Origin: a virus
DNA: 64,000 nucleotides
Virus record (IMG/VR): IMGVR_UViG_3300045988_131228
Coordinates: 1-64,000 of that record
Strand: one strand, 5' to 3'
Made by a program: the position numbers and the translations under genes. Below, in pieces: positions 1-9,280 of this stretch. Every line of letters starts with the position of its first letter. The first letter of the stretch is position 1. The notes beneath the pieces were generated by a model. That model was not told where the DNA came from and did no database searches. It saw only the letters and a program-made list of their open reading frames with translations.

Positions 1-873
1 CTATTCTTTCATCTGCTTTTTATTTCTATATGATTCCATATACCATTCCAAAAAGTCACCATATAGATGTTTTTCCGCTTCTTTTCTGGCACTTGCAGCA
101 TCTTCTATAGTATCGTAAGTGCCAAGCCAATATGACTGCTTCTGGAATTTAATTGCTGCTCCCCATTTTCCGTTAGCCCTATGCACTCCATTGACTCCCG
201 ATGTATTATCTTTTCTCATCTTTTGACCATTTAAAACAATTGATGCTTTAGTATGTTTTTCCTTTTCTATATCATCAGCACATCCGCATGAGCGTTTCCA
301 CTCAAGATCAGATGCAGTACATGTTATCGTGTTACCACAATCACATTGACAAATACAAGACAGCCCATTTTCTTTCGTAATTCCCGTTACTTTCAGCATA
401 CCTATACGTTTTCCGATTAGATTATAAGATGTAGAGCATCCACAACTTATACTTTTACCATATATAAGATGGTATGGTGAAACTTCTTTGATTGTTCCGC
501 ACTTGCATTTACATACCCACATCTGTGTGTTATTCTTATATTCGCCTTTTTTCAAAACTGTCCAAAATCCAAATTGTTTTTCAGTGAGATCTTTTAACAC
601 AATTGCATCTTCATTGTAACAGTTTTTTCTTAATGTATCTTTTCTTTTTTCTTTGATACATTTATCGCACATTGTTGCGCTGCCACCCTTTAGTAGCTTT
701 ACAGAAACTTGTCTTGTACCACCACACAAATCACACAAACATTCCCATATAGCATATTTATTTTTAACTCCTACAATCCTCTGTGGAATTAAATGTCCAA
801 AGTGCTGCCCTTGTATGTTTTTGATACGACTACCATTAAAACGAATATATTCATCCATTTTTATTCCATCCAT
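1..873 (-). CDS. Zn-ribbon-repeat plus AP2-domain DNA-binding protein (homing-endonuclease-associated type; no nuclease motif seen)
   Basis: 290-aa ORF. Three CxC..CG...CGC-type repeats, then C-terminal AP2-like GVNGVHRANGKWGAAIKFQKQSYWLGTYDTIEDAASARKEAE. Confidence 0.6.
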   Translation of the reverse strand: MDGIKMDEYIRFNGSRIKNIQGQHFGHLIPQRIVGVKNKYAIWECLCDLCGGTRQVSVKLLKGGSATMCDKCIKEKRKDTLRKNCYNEDAIVLKDLTEKQFGFWTVLKKGEYKNNTQMWVCKCKCGTIKEVSPYHLIYGKSISCGCSTSYNLIGKRIGMLKVTGITKENGLSCICQCDCGNTITCTASDLEWKRSCGCADDIEKEKHTKASIVLNGQKMRKDNTSGVNGVHRANGKWGAAIKFQKQSYWLGTYDTIEDAASARKEAEKHLYGDFLEWYMESYRNKKQMKE

Positions 874-1106
874 ACGTCCTCAATGATATTTTCTGAATTT
901 ACAGTGAATAAAAATTGTTCAGAACCTTCTGCATTTATATATGCAATTTTATCATATCCGTTATTATCACTATCTCCGACATAAACAGAAGTCTCTCCAT
1001 CAACTTCGTAATCTTCAAATGCACAGATAATATCATCTTCGTCAAATTCTTTTCCAATAAATTGCTTTAAATTATTTAACACCATATCACTTGTCATAAT
1101 TTTCAC
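861..1106 (-). CDS. hypothetical early protein
   Basis: 81-aa acidic ORF. Overlaps the start of the downstream gene in the leftward array. Confidence 0.5.
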   Translation of the reverse strand: MKIMTSDMVLNNLKQFIGKEFDEDDIICAFEDYEVDGETSVYVGDSDNNGYDKIAYINAEGSEQFLFTVNSENIIEDVWME

Positions 1107-1233
1107 CCCGTTTTATTGAATATTCTTTCTGTTATTTTACCATAAATCAATCAATCTGTCACTCACCATCAATTATCTCCCGTTCTTTATATGTGTTGTT
1201 TGTAAGATCCTCATCTTGAAAACTGGTATTCAT

Positions 1234-1386
1234 CTACTTATTGAATCTGTCTATGAAAAAATTTCCAGCATATGTTATATAAGCTATTTGATAATATTTT
1301 TCTGTTTCCCAAAATTCTATGGGAGAAGCACTTATATTATTTTCTTTTAGAATTTCTTTTGCCTTAAATAATTCTTTACTTGTCAT
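1234..1386 (-). CDS. small hypothetical protein (50 aa)
   Basis: Below the ORF-track cutoff. GGAGGGTAT precedes the ATG at 1386; stop TAG at 1234-1236. Confidence 0.4.
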   Translation of the reverse strand: MTSKELFKAKEILKENNISASPIEFWETEKYYQIAYITYAGNFFIDRFNK

Positions 1387-1413
1387 ATACCCTCCATGAA
1401 ATTCTCGTTCTAT

Positions 1414-1662
1414 TTATACGTCAATATTTAATTCCTTGTCTTTCTTTTTTAACATTGATAATTGTTTTTGTAATTTATTTAATCCTTCTAGCATTCCCCT
1501 ATTGTTATTTCTTAATGCTTTAATAGAATTTTTCAACCGCATATTTTCCGCTTCCAGTTGCTCTATATACAAATTTAATTCTTTAATTATTACGTCTACG
1601 TCATTCTCTTTTACAAAAGCATCGTTACTATCTGGCATATAATATACTTTAACGTTCTGCAT
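1414..1662 (-). CDS. hypothetical coiled-coil protein
   Basis: 82-aa ORF with heptad-like IEQLEAENMRLKNSIKALR. Confidence 0.5.
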   Translation of the reverse strand: MQNVKVYYMPDSNDAFVKENDVDVIIKELNLYIEQLEAENMRLKNSIKALRNNNRGMLEGLNKLQKQLSMLKKKDKELNIDV

Positions 1663-1747
1663 TTTTTGATTCTCCTCTTAACTTAATAATGCTATAATAA
1701 ATACCGCAATTCCTACATATGCAATTATACATCCTAATGTATACATA

Positions 1748-2422
1748 TCATCTACTCTCCTTTCCACTTGTCACACACATAAACAAGTACAAATCATTCC
1801 TACAAATCCACCAATAATGAATCCAATTACAATTCCTACGATCATTTATTTTCCCTCTTTCGCAGCAAAATACTGTTTTTGTTATATGTTTCGTAGCTTC
1901 ATAAGTTCTATGTATTTCTTTTGCAATCTCTTTATTGCTCATACCTTTTATCAACATATTTTTAATTGATAGCTTCTCAAAGTCAGTTATCTTATTTCTA
2001 TGTCGTTCTGGTTTACCGTTATCTTTCTTCCATTCATAGTTAATCCAGGATGGCTCTGGAAATAATGTTTCTCTTTCATATTTCTTCCAATTAATTACAT
2101 CCTGATGATTTTCAGCCCATTTCCAAAACTCTGCTGCGTCAATCAAATATCGTGTCTGATTTTTCAATTTGACCTTTTTACAAGGAAGATCATATTTATC
2201 AATCCATCTCACTACTACGCTTATATCTGAATGAAAGCATTTTGCAAGTGTTTTCGCACTAATTCTTTCACCATAATAATGATTTAGTCCCATTTTGCTT
2301 GCTTTATGCTTCACAGAAGATACACTTCTATCCAGAAATTTTGCCGTAGTTTCAACTGATTGATTCAAATACCTTCTATACATATAAGTTTCTTCATCTT
2401 TTGTCCATTCTCTTCTTCCCAT
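1748..2422 (-). CDS. putative HTH DNA-binding protein (Myb/SANT-like N-terminus, LuxR/sigma-r4-like HTH)
   Basis: 224-aa ORF. REWTKDEETYMYRRY at the N-terminus; GMSNKEIAKEIHRTYEATKHITK HTH-like segment. The C-terminal tail may be read-through. Confidence 0.45.
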   Translation of the reverse strand: MGRREWTKDEETYMYRRYLNQSVETTAKFLDRSVSSVKHKASKMGLNHYYGERISAKTLAKCFHSDISVVVRWIDKYDLPCKKVKLKNQTRYLIDAAEFWKWAENHQDVINWKKYERETLFPEPSWINYEWKKDNGKPERHRNKITDFEKLSIKNMLIKGMSNKEIAKEIHRTYEATKHITKTVFCCERGKINDRRNCNWIHYWWICRNDLYLFMCVTSGKESR

Positions 2423-2473
2423 ACACTACCTCTTAGCTTCTAGCTTTCAATAAAATACGATTTTCATTTACTC

Positions 2474-2734
2474 TTATGGTTCAATTAGTTTCATATAGTT
2501 CCCATCCGCAATTACTATAAATCTAGGATTTTCTTTAGATCCCATTAATGTAATTGCAATTTTACCGTTTGTCCAACAATCCCATATAAGTACATCACCT
2601 ATAATTTCACGACATTTAATGCTATGAAAATAATTCAATAATCTTCCATACAGTTCATCATATGATAAACCTCTTCTTGTTACTAATCCATTTTTCCCAT
2701 CTTTATGTGCTTCTTGAAAAGTCATATCATTCAC
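2474..2734 (-). CDS. hypothetical early protein
   Basis: 86-aa ORF in the co-oriented array. Confidence 0.5.
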   Translation of the reverse strand: MNDMTFQEAHKDGKNGLVTRRGLSYDELYGRLLNYFHSIKCREIIGDVLIWDCWTNGKIAITLMGSKENPRFIVIADGNYMKLIEP

Positions 2735-2888
2735 CCCTTGAATTTAAATTTACTTATGTAACATTTCTTTTAACCATGCATTAAAATTGAAATTCTCCAT
2801 ATTCTCTTCTCTTTCCGTATAGTTCCCGTTATAATTACGAAAACAGTTTCCAGAATCACGTTTGTCTTTATCCCAACATGATACATGC

Positions 2889-3155
2889 TTATTTGTCCCT
2901 TTCATTATTTTTCACCTCTTCCATCAGATATGATAATCCCTTACTATAGTGACGATTGAACCAATCATATACAGTATTCTTATTAGTTCCTTTTGGAAAT
3001 GCATACCATGCAGCTTTAAGATTTCCATTACGATCAACAGGAACGTTCTGAAATTCTTTCCATGAAGCTTCTACATTCTTATCAATTGTGTCTTGTAATG
3101 TTAGTTTTGATATTTCCAGTTCTTCATTTGCTGTTGTGATATTCATATTCTCCAT
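2889..3155 (-). CDS. hypothetical early protein
   Basis: 88-aa ORF in the co-oriented array. Confidence 0.5.
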   Translation of the reverse strand: MENMNITTANEELEISKLTLQDTIDKNVEASWKEFQNVPVDRNGNLKAAWYAFPKGTNKNTVYDWFNRHYSKGLSYLMEEVKNNERDK

Positions 3156-3393
3156 ATGTATTCACTGTTCCTTTCTACAAATTAATTGGATTTATAAATA
3201 TTACTTTATGATTCGTAATTTCCTTTTTGAACTTCATTTTTAATATAAAGTGGGATAATCCCAAATAACCAAAATGAAGTTTGCTTTATATATTGTTCAC
3301 CAACTTTTGTATAATAACCAGATTGCTTAACTTTTTTAATGTAAAATCTTTCTCTTTTAACTAACATATAACAATTTCCTTTCGATCAAAAAA

Positions 3394-3771
3394 TTATTTT
3401 AATTCTTCTATTGAAAATCCATATTTTTCTTCGAATTCATTTTCCCCGTAAGTCTCTAACATATCCATAATATTAGGATGTTGCCAATCAACAAATTCAA
3501 ATAATTCTTCTGCCACATCTTTGTACCCATTACATTCTTCTACAAAATCGTTGCCTGTGTAACAACTATTAAGAACATTTTTAATTTCTTCCTTATTTAA
3601 TTTTGTATCTATATTAATTTCATTCAAATCAATATCTGGAATATAAATAATATCATCAGTTATTTCAAAATCACTTTTATATATAATACAGTCTTGTCCA
3701 TCCGAAAAATCAAATAAATCTTTAAGTCTATATCCTTTGATTAATTTTTTCTTTAATTCTTTTACTGTCAT
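3394..3771 (-). CDS. hypothetical acidic protein
   Basis: 125-aa ORF, rich in D/E. Confidence 0.5.
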   Translation of the reverse strand: MTVKELKKKLIKGYRLKDLFDFSDGQDCIIYKSDFEITDDIIYIPDIDLNEINIDTKLNKEEIKNVLNSCYTGNDFVEECNGYKDVAEELFEFVDWQHPNIMDMLETYGENEFEEKYGFSIEELK

Positions 3772-3801
3772 ATTTATTATTCCTTTCTTAAAATCATCAT
3801 T

Positions 3802-3951
3802 TCATGCCAATTCTAACCAATATGAGTTTTTTAATCCTCTTGCTGTTTTTATCGTCCCATTACAGATTTTAAATTTTACACCTAATAACATTGCTGTATT
3901 TCCATTTATCTCATATCCTTTACTCTTTAAGTGATGTAAAAATTTATTCAT
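3802..3951 (-). CDS. small hypothetical protein (49 aa)
   Basis: GGAGAATAAAG precedes the ATG at 3951; stop TGA at 3802-3804. Below the track cutoff. Confidence 0.4.
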   Translation of the reverse strand: MNKFLHHLKSKGYEINGNTAMLLGVKFKICNGTIKTARGLKNSYWLELA

Positions 3952-4072
3952 CTTTATTCTCCTTATATTTTCTTAAAATAGTTTCAATTTTATCCGCAAA
4001 TTTAGATGTTGTAAGTGTCGGTGTACCATTTAATGCGTTCATAACTATCTGAATTTCTTTTTCTGTTAACAT
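3944..4072 (-). CDS. small hypothetical protein (42 aa)
   Basis: GAGGTAATC precedes the ATG at 4072. Its 3' end overlaps the next start, suggesting coupling. Confidence 0.35.
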   Translation of the reverse strand: MLTEKEIQIVMNALNGTPTLTTSKFADKIETILRKYKENKDE

Positions 4073-4139
4073 GATTACCTCAATTTTCAGCATAAAACTC
4101 TTGTTTCATCTATAATATTTTTCTTCTAAATATGTACTG

Positions 4140-4325
4140 TCAAAAAGTTCCTTCTAATAAAATTTCTAATGTGCTTAAATCAACAATCCTGCACCAGAAT
4201 CCTTTGTATTTTCCCAACATATCTAAAATTTCTTCTGGTTTATTAAATGCTTTTTCTGCTACCCATGTATTAATATTATTTTCTCTATATATAAACAATT
4301 TCCATTTCATAATATTTCTCTCCAT
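4140..4325 (-). CDS. hypothetical early protein
   Basis: 61-aa ORF. Confidence 0.45.
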   Translation of the reverse strand: MERNIMKWKLFIYRENNINTWVAEKAFNKPEEILDMLGKYKGFWCRIVDLSTLEILLEGTF

Positions 4326-4352
4326 TCTTCTGTTAAAAATATTGTTTTATCT

Positions 4353-4670
4353 CTACTGACTAATTTCCATTAATCCATGTTTGTAGCAATATTCAACCTT
4401 CTTCATCATATATTCTGGATTATCACTACATAACATATAATCAGTTCTTAATTCTGACGGATGACAACCTTTTGCAAGACCTTGCTTCTTTCTTATTCTG
4501 TCATTCTTCGTTTTGTTATAAATACAAACACTATTGTATGAACCAAGCCAAGTATTAGGATTCCATTTATTTGCAAATACGCAAAGATAATCTTTTCCAA
4601 CTGTTACATCATAATACTTCTGGTTATCGTTTTCTCCATATTTCCATTCATATTTCATAAAATTTTCCAC
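4353..4670 (-). CDS. hypothetical early protein
   Basis: 105-aa ORF. Confidence 0.5.
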   Translation of the reverse strand: MENFMKYEWKYGENDNQKYYDVTVGKDYLCVFANKWNPNTWLGSYNSVCIYNKTKNDRIRKKQGLAKGCHPSELRTDYMLCSDNPEYMMKKVEYCYKHGLMEISQ

Positions 4671-4688
4671 CTTTCTGAAACTCTTATC

Positions 4689-5027
4689 TCAAAGTTCCTC
4701 ATATTCTGTTCTAATCCTTGAACCAACAAAAAACCAATTCTTAGGCTGACTTCTCCATGAATTAGGATCAGCTTCTTTATGTTTGTTATCATATCCGATT
4801 AATAAATTATTTCTATCCAATGAATTAACAGTTCTCCCATTAATCTTATAATCGCAAATGGGTAAATATTTTTTCTCACCTATTTTATGAATGATAAACC
4901 GTATTTTCCAAAAGTCATTGACATATCGTAAAAACACATTTCCTTTGCCGTATTTTGATTCTAAACGTTTATATTCTTCTATTAATTCATTCTGTTTTGG
5001 TGTAAGTTTCATAATATTTTCATCCAA
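4689..5027 (-). CDS. hypothetical early protein
   Basis: 112-aa ORF. Confidence 0.5.
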   Translation of the reverse strand: MDENIMKLTPKQNELIEEYKRLESKYGKGNVFLRYVNDFWKIRFIIHKIGEKKYLPICDYKINGRTVNSLDRNNLLIGYDNKHKEADPNSWRSQPKNWFFVGSRIRTEYEEL

Positions 5028-5044
5028 TCTAAAACTTTATTTCA

Positions 5045-5281
5045 TTAATAATTATTTCTCACATGTTTGATTTTGTTTTTAATTACTCTTAAAAATCCAC
5101 CATCAATTTTTAGGTTTTCACAATTTGAAGAATCTTTTTCTAACCAATATTCCATCTGTGCGCTCCATAAATCACGTTTACATGAGTCTGGTATATCAAT
5201 TACAATGTTTCCGTTTTTATCAATAGTTGCATTCATTTCGTCCTGTAAAGCTATAGTTAATTTCATATTTGTTTCCTCCAA
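5045..5281 (-). CDS. hypothetical early protein
   Basis: 78-aa ORF. Confidence 0.5.
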   Translation of the reverse strand: MEETNMKLTIALQDEMNATIDKNGNIVIDIPDSCKRDLWSAQMEYWLEKDSSNCENLKIDGGFLRVIKNKIKHVRNNY

Positions 5282-5307
5282 TCTTCAATTTGAAATATCT
5301 CTTTCAT

Positions 5308-5679
5308 CTAAAGTAAATCATATTTTTCTTCCCATAAAAGAAGTTCTTCTTCCGGCATCTGATCTAAAGTATCTCTTACTTGACTATGTATATCTTCTGG
5401 TGCGGTAAACGTTAATTCATATCCAAGAAATTCTTCTATCATGTCAACAGATTCATTGGAAATAATTTCCTCTAATTTATCTTCTATTGATTCATAACTA
5501 TTAGTTCTTTCCATTTCCTGAATATTATCACACCAGCTATTCTCACATTCTTCTGGTGGATTTTCTTCTCCATTACAAATCATATCTCTTAAAATTTCCT
5601 CTGCTTCTTCTGGTGAGTTGGCTTCAATTTCATATGTTTTTCCATAAGTTTCGTGATATTCAATACTAAATTTTTTCAT
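5308..5679 (-). CDS. hypothetical acidic protein
   Basis: 123-aa ORF, strongly acidic. Confidence 0.5.
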   Translation of the reverse strand: MKKFSIEYHETYGKTYEIEANSPEEAEEILRDMICNGEENPPEECENSWCDNIQEMERTNSYESIEDKLEEIISNESVDMIEEFLGYELTFTAPEDIHSQVRDTLDQMPEEELLLWEEKYDLL

Positions 5680-5684
5680 TTTCT

Positions 5685-5888
5685 TTACATCCTTTCCAAT
5701 ACTTTACAACAACGATCTGCAAGTTCTTCCATCTGTTCTTCTGTGATATGTCTAAATTTCCAACACCAGTCAATTCTATTACATATCCAGCCAATACTTT
5801 TATCATGCCAAGGTTTATATTCCTCATAATCCTTTAAAGCATTATCAATTTCCTGATAATAGTTTCTCTGTTTCTTTTCTTTCTTCAT
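5685..5888 (-). CDS. hypothetical early protein
   Basis: 67-aa ORF. Confidence 0.5.
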   Translation of the reverse strand: MKKEKKQRNYYQEIDNALKDYEEYKPWHDKSIGWICNRIDWCWKFRHITEEQMEELADRCCKVLERM

Positions 5889-5949
5889 AACGCATATTCT
5901 CCAATTAAAACAGGTGGCACTCTATATCAAGTACCACCTTTATGTAATA

Positions 5950-6711
5950 TTATCGTTCTGTATATTCCCATTCAGCAATAAAGTCAAATGCTTCATTATA
6001 ATACATAGGGTTTAAATCCTTGTAAGAACTACATCCAAACCTTTCCTTTAACTCATTCCACATATTAATAAAATAGCTTTTGGAGTAGCATTTGTATTTA
6101 GTCCCATGCGCTCCATCCAGAAGTTTATTGATTCTGTCTTTCGCTGCTTTATACAACTTCTGTTGCTGTCTAGTGGATAACGTCATATTTTCCACCATCT
6201 TGTTAAGCATTTCCGTTTGCTCTCCGAGAAGATCTTCCATTGCATTGATTTGAACTTGCATTCCTTCGATACGTCCTGTAAGTCCTAAATCATTAAACAA
6301 TTCTTGTTTCTGTTCTTCTGTTCCGAAAAATGCCTCGTGAAGTGTTTTAGCAGCTTTTAATTGATATAAAACCAGTTTTTGTACACCTTCTGGATTATTC
6401 CTTCTCATAGTAGGAGTAAGAGAAATTTTAGCAAGCCATAATGTAACATAATCTTCAATGACACATAATGTTTCCTGTTCTCCACCTTTGGAAGGGTAAC
6501 GCAAAATTGCGATTCCTTTTGAAAGCACGATATCTTTTCTTGCATTTTCAACCTGTCTCCTAGTCTGACCATCCGAAAACCCTAAGTCATAACAAACATT
6601 TCTGATTGCCAACCATAATTTTCCAGAATCATCTTTGATTCCTAACAGTTCACTACCTTCAAATGGAATTTTCTTTGTTTCTACCATAATTGATTCCTCC
6701 TGTACTTGCAT
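5950..6711 (-). CDS. phage antirepressor-like protein (Bro-N/Ant-type N-terminus plus ORF6C-like C-terminus)
   Basis: 253 aa. N-terminal IPFEGSELLGIKDDSGKLWLAIRNVCYDLGFS; C-terminal KLYKAAKDRINKLL...FGCSSYKDLNPMYYNEAFDFIAEWE. Confidence 0.6.
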   Translation of the reverse strand: MQVQEESIMVETKKIPFEGSELLGIKDDSGKLWLAIRNVCYDLGFSDGQTRRQVENARKDIVLSKGIAILRYPSKGGEQETLCVIEDYVTLWLAKISLTPTMRRNNPEGVQKLVLYQLKAAKTLHEAFFGTEEQKQELFNDLGLTGRIEGMQVQINAMEDLLGEQTEMLNKMVENMTLSTRQQQKLYKAAKDRINKLLDGAHGTKYKCYSKSYFINMWNELKERFGCSSYKDLNPMYYNEAFDFIAEWEYTER

Positions 6712-6757
6712 ATTATTTAGTTCTCAATGTGCATTTGTAAAATATTGGAAATTTTCT

Positions 6758-6802
6758 GATTGACTAATCGTGTTGAAATGATATATAATAGATAAGTCAA
6801 TC
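6758..6802 (+). promoter_or_regulatory. rightward sigma70-like promoter inside an 8-bp inverted repeat, antisense to the RHH-ant operon
   Basis: TTGACT (6760-6765), 18 nt, TATAAT (6784-6789). Flanked by GATTGACT (6758-6765) and AGTCAATC (6795-6802). Confidence 0.45.
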
Positions 6803-6880
6803 AGTTAATGGTTTTCCATGCTGATGGCGGTTAATGGTGGTTTCTAGTTTCTCAGGCTGTGAACCACCATTTCTATTTCT
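6796..6880 (+). ncRNA. candidate short antisense RNA (sar-like) opposite the 3' end of the RHH gene
   Basis: Predicted start just downstream of the 6784-6789 -10 box. Hairpin GGTGGTT (6836-6842)/AACCACC (6862-6868) is followed by ATTTCTATTTCT on the plus strand only. Confidence 0.3.
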
Positions 6881-7028
6881 GCTTATCTTTCTCCCGTTCT
6901 ACAAGAATCATTCTTATGAGATTAGAAAAATTTGTCCCCTTTTCTTGTGCTTCTCTTTCCAATGATTCCTCCAATTCTTTTGAAATATAAACAGACTTTC
7001 TTATTCCATTCTGCTTAGGTTTCGCCAT
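6873..7028 (-). CDS. Arc/CopG-type ribbon-helix-helix protein (51 aa)
   Basis: Not in the ORF track. GGAGGAAATCCA-ATG. MAKPKQNGIRKSVYISKELEESLEREAQEKGTNFSNLIRMILVEREKDKQK shows a beta-strand then two helices. Confidence 0.6.
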   Translation of the reverse strand: MAKPKQNGIRKSVYISKELEESLEREAQEKGTNFSNLIRMILVEREKDKQK

Positions 7029-7051
7029 TGGATTTCCTCCTTACGTCTATT

Positions 7052-7080
7052 ATATTATCATTTTAACAGGTACTTGTCAA
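7052..7080 (-). promoter_or_regulatory. sigma70-type promoter of the RHH-antirepressor operon
   Basis: Minus strand TTGACA (7075-7080), 17 nt, TAATAT (7052-7057), about 25 nt upstream of the RHH start. Confidence 0.55.
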
Positions 7081-7164
7081 CATCTATTTTCATTATTTTT
7101 ATGTTCATAAGCACTATCGTAGTTACTAAAATTTCCATTCTAGCAACTACTAACTACAAACGAA

Positions 7165-7491
7165 TCATGCTATATGTAATCCTGATGCTTTCAATAATGC
7201 TTCAAATGCGTTTATCAATTCTATCCTCATTTTCTTTTTAGCAACTGAACCTTTTCCGCCTTCTCTTATACTATTATCCAGGCGTGTTTTGTATTTTCTT
7301 ACTTTATCATTCGCAAACAGATCAATCTCTTCTATTTTTCCGTTATCCATCTGCATTCTCATAAAAACGTGTGTATTCTGTTTATTTCCATCTGTATACT
7401 CTATGAAGCTTGCTAAATTCTGCATATGTATATCCTCCATCAACTCAGTATTGCTACTATAATAAGTATTGTAAGTCCAATTCCCAAACAA
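7165..7491 (-). CDS. hypothetical early protein
   Basis: 108-aa ORF. Confidence 0.5.
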   Translation of the reverse strand: MFGNWTYNTYYSSNTELMEDIHMQNLASFIEYTDGNKQNTHVFMRMQMDNGKIEEIDLFANDKVRKYKTRLDNSIREGGKGSVAKKKMRIELINAFEALLKASGLHIA

Positions 7492-7639
7492 TAACCTAAC
7501 TCGTACATTTTAATCTTCTCCTTTAATCCTGTTCTAAGTATAAAATTAGCCTTATAGATTTATTCTCTACAAGGCTATAAAAGATACATTTCATTGCATT
7601 TTTAATCTGCTTAATATTTTTATTATAAGTTCACTATAA

Positions 7640-7873
7640 CTACAATGGTTTCTTATAAGGTTTACAGTTATGTTTCCATGCTGTTATTTTCACTCTAACT
7701 TCACCTTCGTCTAACGACCAATACCAATCTCCATCGTGTCTATACGCAAATGCATCACAATGAGGCTCATGATCATTGTATCCAATATATGTTACTTGTA
7801 CATCTTCCATATCATCTGGAAATAAACCAGAACTAACGGGAGTCCAACTATTATTCTTCATAATATTTTCCAC
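7640..7873 (-). CDS. hypothetical early protein
   Basis: 77-aa ORF. Confidence 0.5.
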   Translation of the reverse strand: MENIMKNNSWTPVSSGLFPDDMEDVQVTYIGYNDHEPHCDAFAYRHDGDWYWSLDEGEVRVKITAWKHNCKPYKKPL

Positions 7874-7878
7874 CTTTC

Positions 7879-8172
7879 TTATGGTATATAATCAAATTCT
7901 TTTAAACCGCCACTAGCCATCACAAATGCTTGTGCAGCTTCTATATATGTTCCATCAAAGTTTCCGTTCTCTGTATCGTAATCACTAACATGATCTCCAA
8001 TTTCCATCTCATAGAAACAAAAGATATTAGATATGAGATTTTCCACATCTGTTTTAGGTTCATATCCCTGTTCTCTAATCCAGATTGCCATATAATCATA
8101 ATCACATAATTTTTCTTTTGGATATGTACTATAATCTTTTTCCTCTGTCCATCTTCCGTATGTGTCTACCAT
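7879..8172 (-). CDS. hypothetical early protein
   Basis: 97-aa ORF, 5 nt from its neighbour. Confidence 0.5.
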   Translation of the reverse strand: MVDTYGRWTEEKDYSTYPKEKLCDYDYMAIWIREQGYEPKTDVENLISNIFCFYEMEIGDHVSDYDTENGNFDGTYIEAAQAFVMASGGLKEFDYIP

Positions 8173-8173
8173 T

Positions 8174-9280
8174 CTAACAAACCTCCTTATATAAAGGATT
8201 TACACCAGCAGATTTTTCAATAGTCTTTCTTGCATTCTCAATCATCTGCTCTGCATTTCCCATCTTGTCAATGTTTACTTTTAAATTTTCCATAGCTTCT
8301 AAACGTGTTTTCCCTTTTGCAATCAGCAAGCCAACTCTTTTAACAGATATTTTCCATTCGTCATTATCACGTAAAATAAAGAAGTCTATTCCATATTTAG
8401 TAAAGCATTCCGCAATAACTTTTCTCCATTCAGAATGATCTTTATTATGAAATGCAATGTAAACTTCCTGGATATCCTTTTCTTTCTGTTCTGCTCTCTT
8501 ACGTGGTTTATACTCAATAGGTTCTTTAAAATCTGAACTTGTTATACTTTCCAGATATGCCATTCTTTCCTTATAACCTTTAGGAAGTTTCAAGCCTGTT
8601 ACACACTCAAAGATTTTAATGCTTGCTTTATTTCCATTATGTAAACGTTCTTTAATCTGATTCTTACAATATGGAATATCATAATAATGGATTAATGGCA
8701 ATAAATTATAATTCCATTTCTTTTCTATGCCATATACATCAAGAAAAATATCATCAATAATTTTAGTTTCCATTTCTGGTAAACGTTCCATATCTTCTGC
8801 AAGTAAAGTCTTAACACGTTCTATTTCTTTCCGTTCCTGTTCTGCTTTTTCCAACACAGCACGTTCATTTTCTTCCTGCAAACGTTTCTGTTCTTCCATA
8901 CATACCTTATAATCTGCAATAGCTTTTTCCATTGCCTGTTCTGTATCAAGTCCGTTATTGATAAGATATTCGACAAAATCATATTCTGTCTTTTTCAGTT
9001 CTATATAAGTCTTTTCATTCTTGTTGACAAACTTATATAATGTTTTCGGTTTGGTTAATTCGCCATTACGCTTATAGTATGTATAGTTCTCTACTTTTTC
9101 CAGATAGTAACCTTCTAAAAGCTTTAAGCAAAGATAATCTACCATATTATATATTTTTCCATCATATCTAATTAATTTATCAAGTAAGTTTTCCACTTTT
9201 GTTTTACGTGGTTCTTTGATATTGTCTGTAAATCCAAAATAAAAGCTATCTGTTTCAATCATGTTCTTATCCTCCATCAC
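8174..9280 (-). CDS. hypothetical protein with central coiled coil
   Basis: 368-aa ORF. EEQKRLQEENERAVLEKAEQERKEIERVK segment. Confidence 0.55.
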   Translation of the reverse strand: MMEDKNMIETDSFYFGFTDNIKEPRKTKVENLLDKLIRYDGKIYNMVDYLCLKLLEGYYLEKVENYTYYKRNGELTKPKTLYKFVNKNEKTYIELKKTEYDFVEYLINNGLDTEQAMEKAIADYKVCMEEQKRLQEENERAVLEKAEQERKEIERVKTLLAEDMERLPEMETKIIDDIFLDVYGIEKKWNYNLLPLIHYYDIPYCKNQIKERLHNGNKASIKIFECVTGLKLPKGYKERMAYLESITSSDFKEPIEYKPRKRAEQKEKDIQEVYIAFHNKDHSEWRKVIAECFTKYGIDFFILRDNDEWKISVKRVGLLIAKGKTRLEAMENLKVNIDKMGNAEQMIENARKTIEKSAGVNPLYKEVC

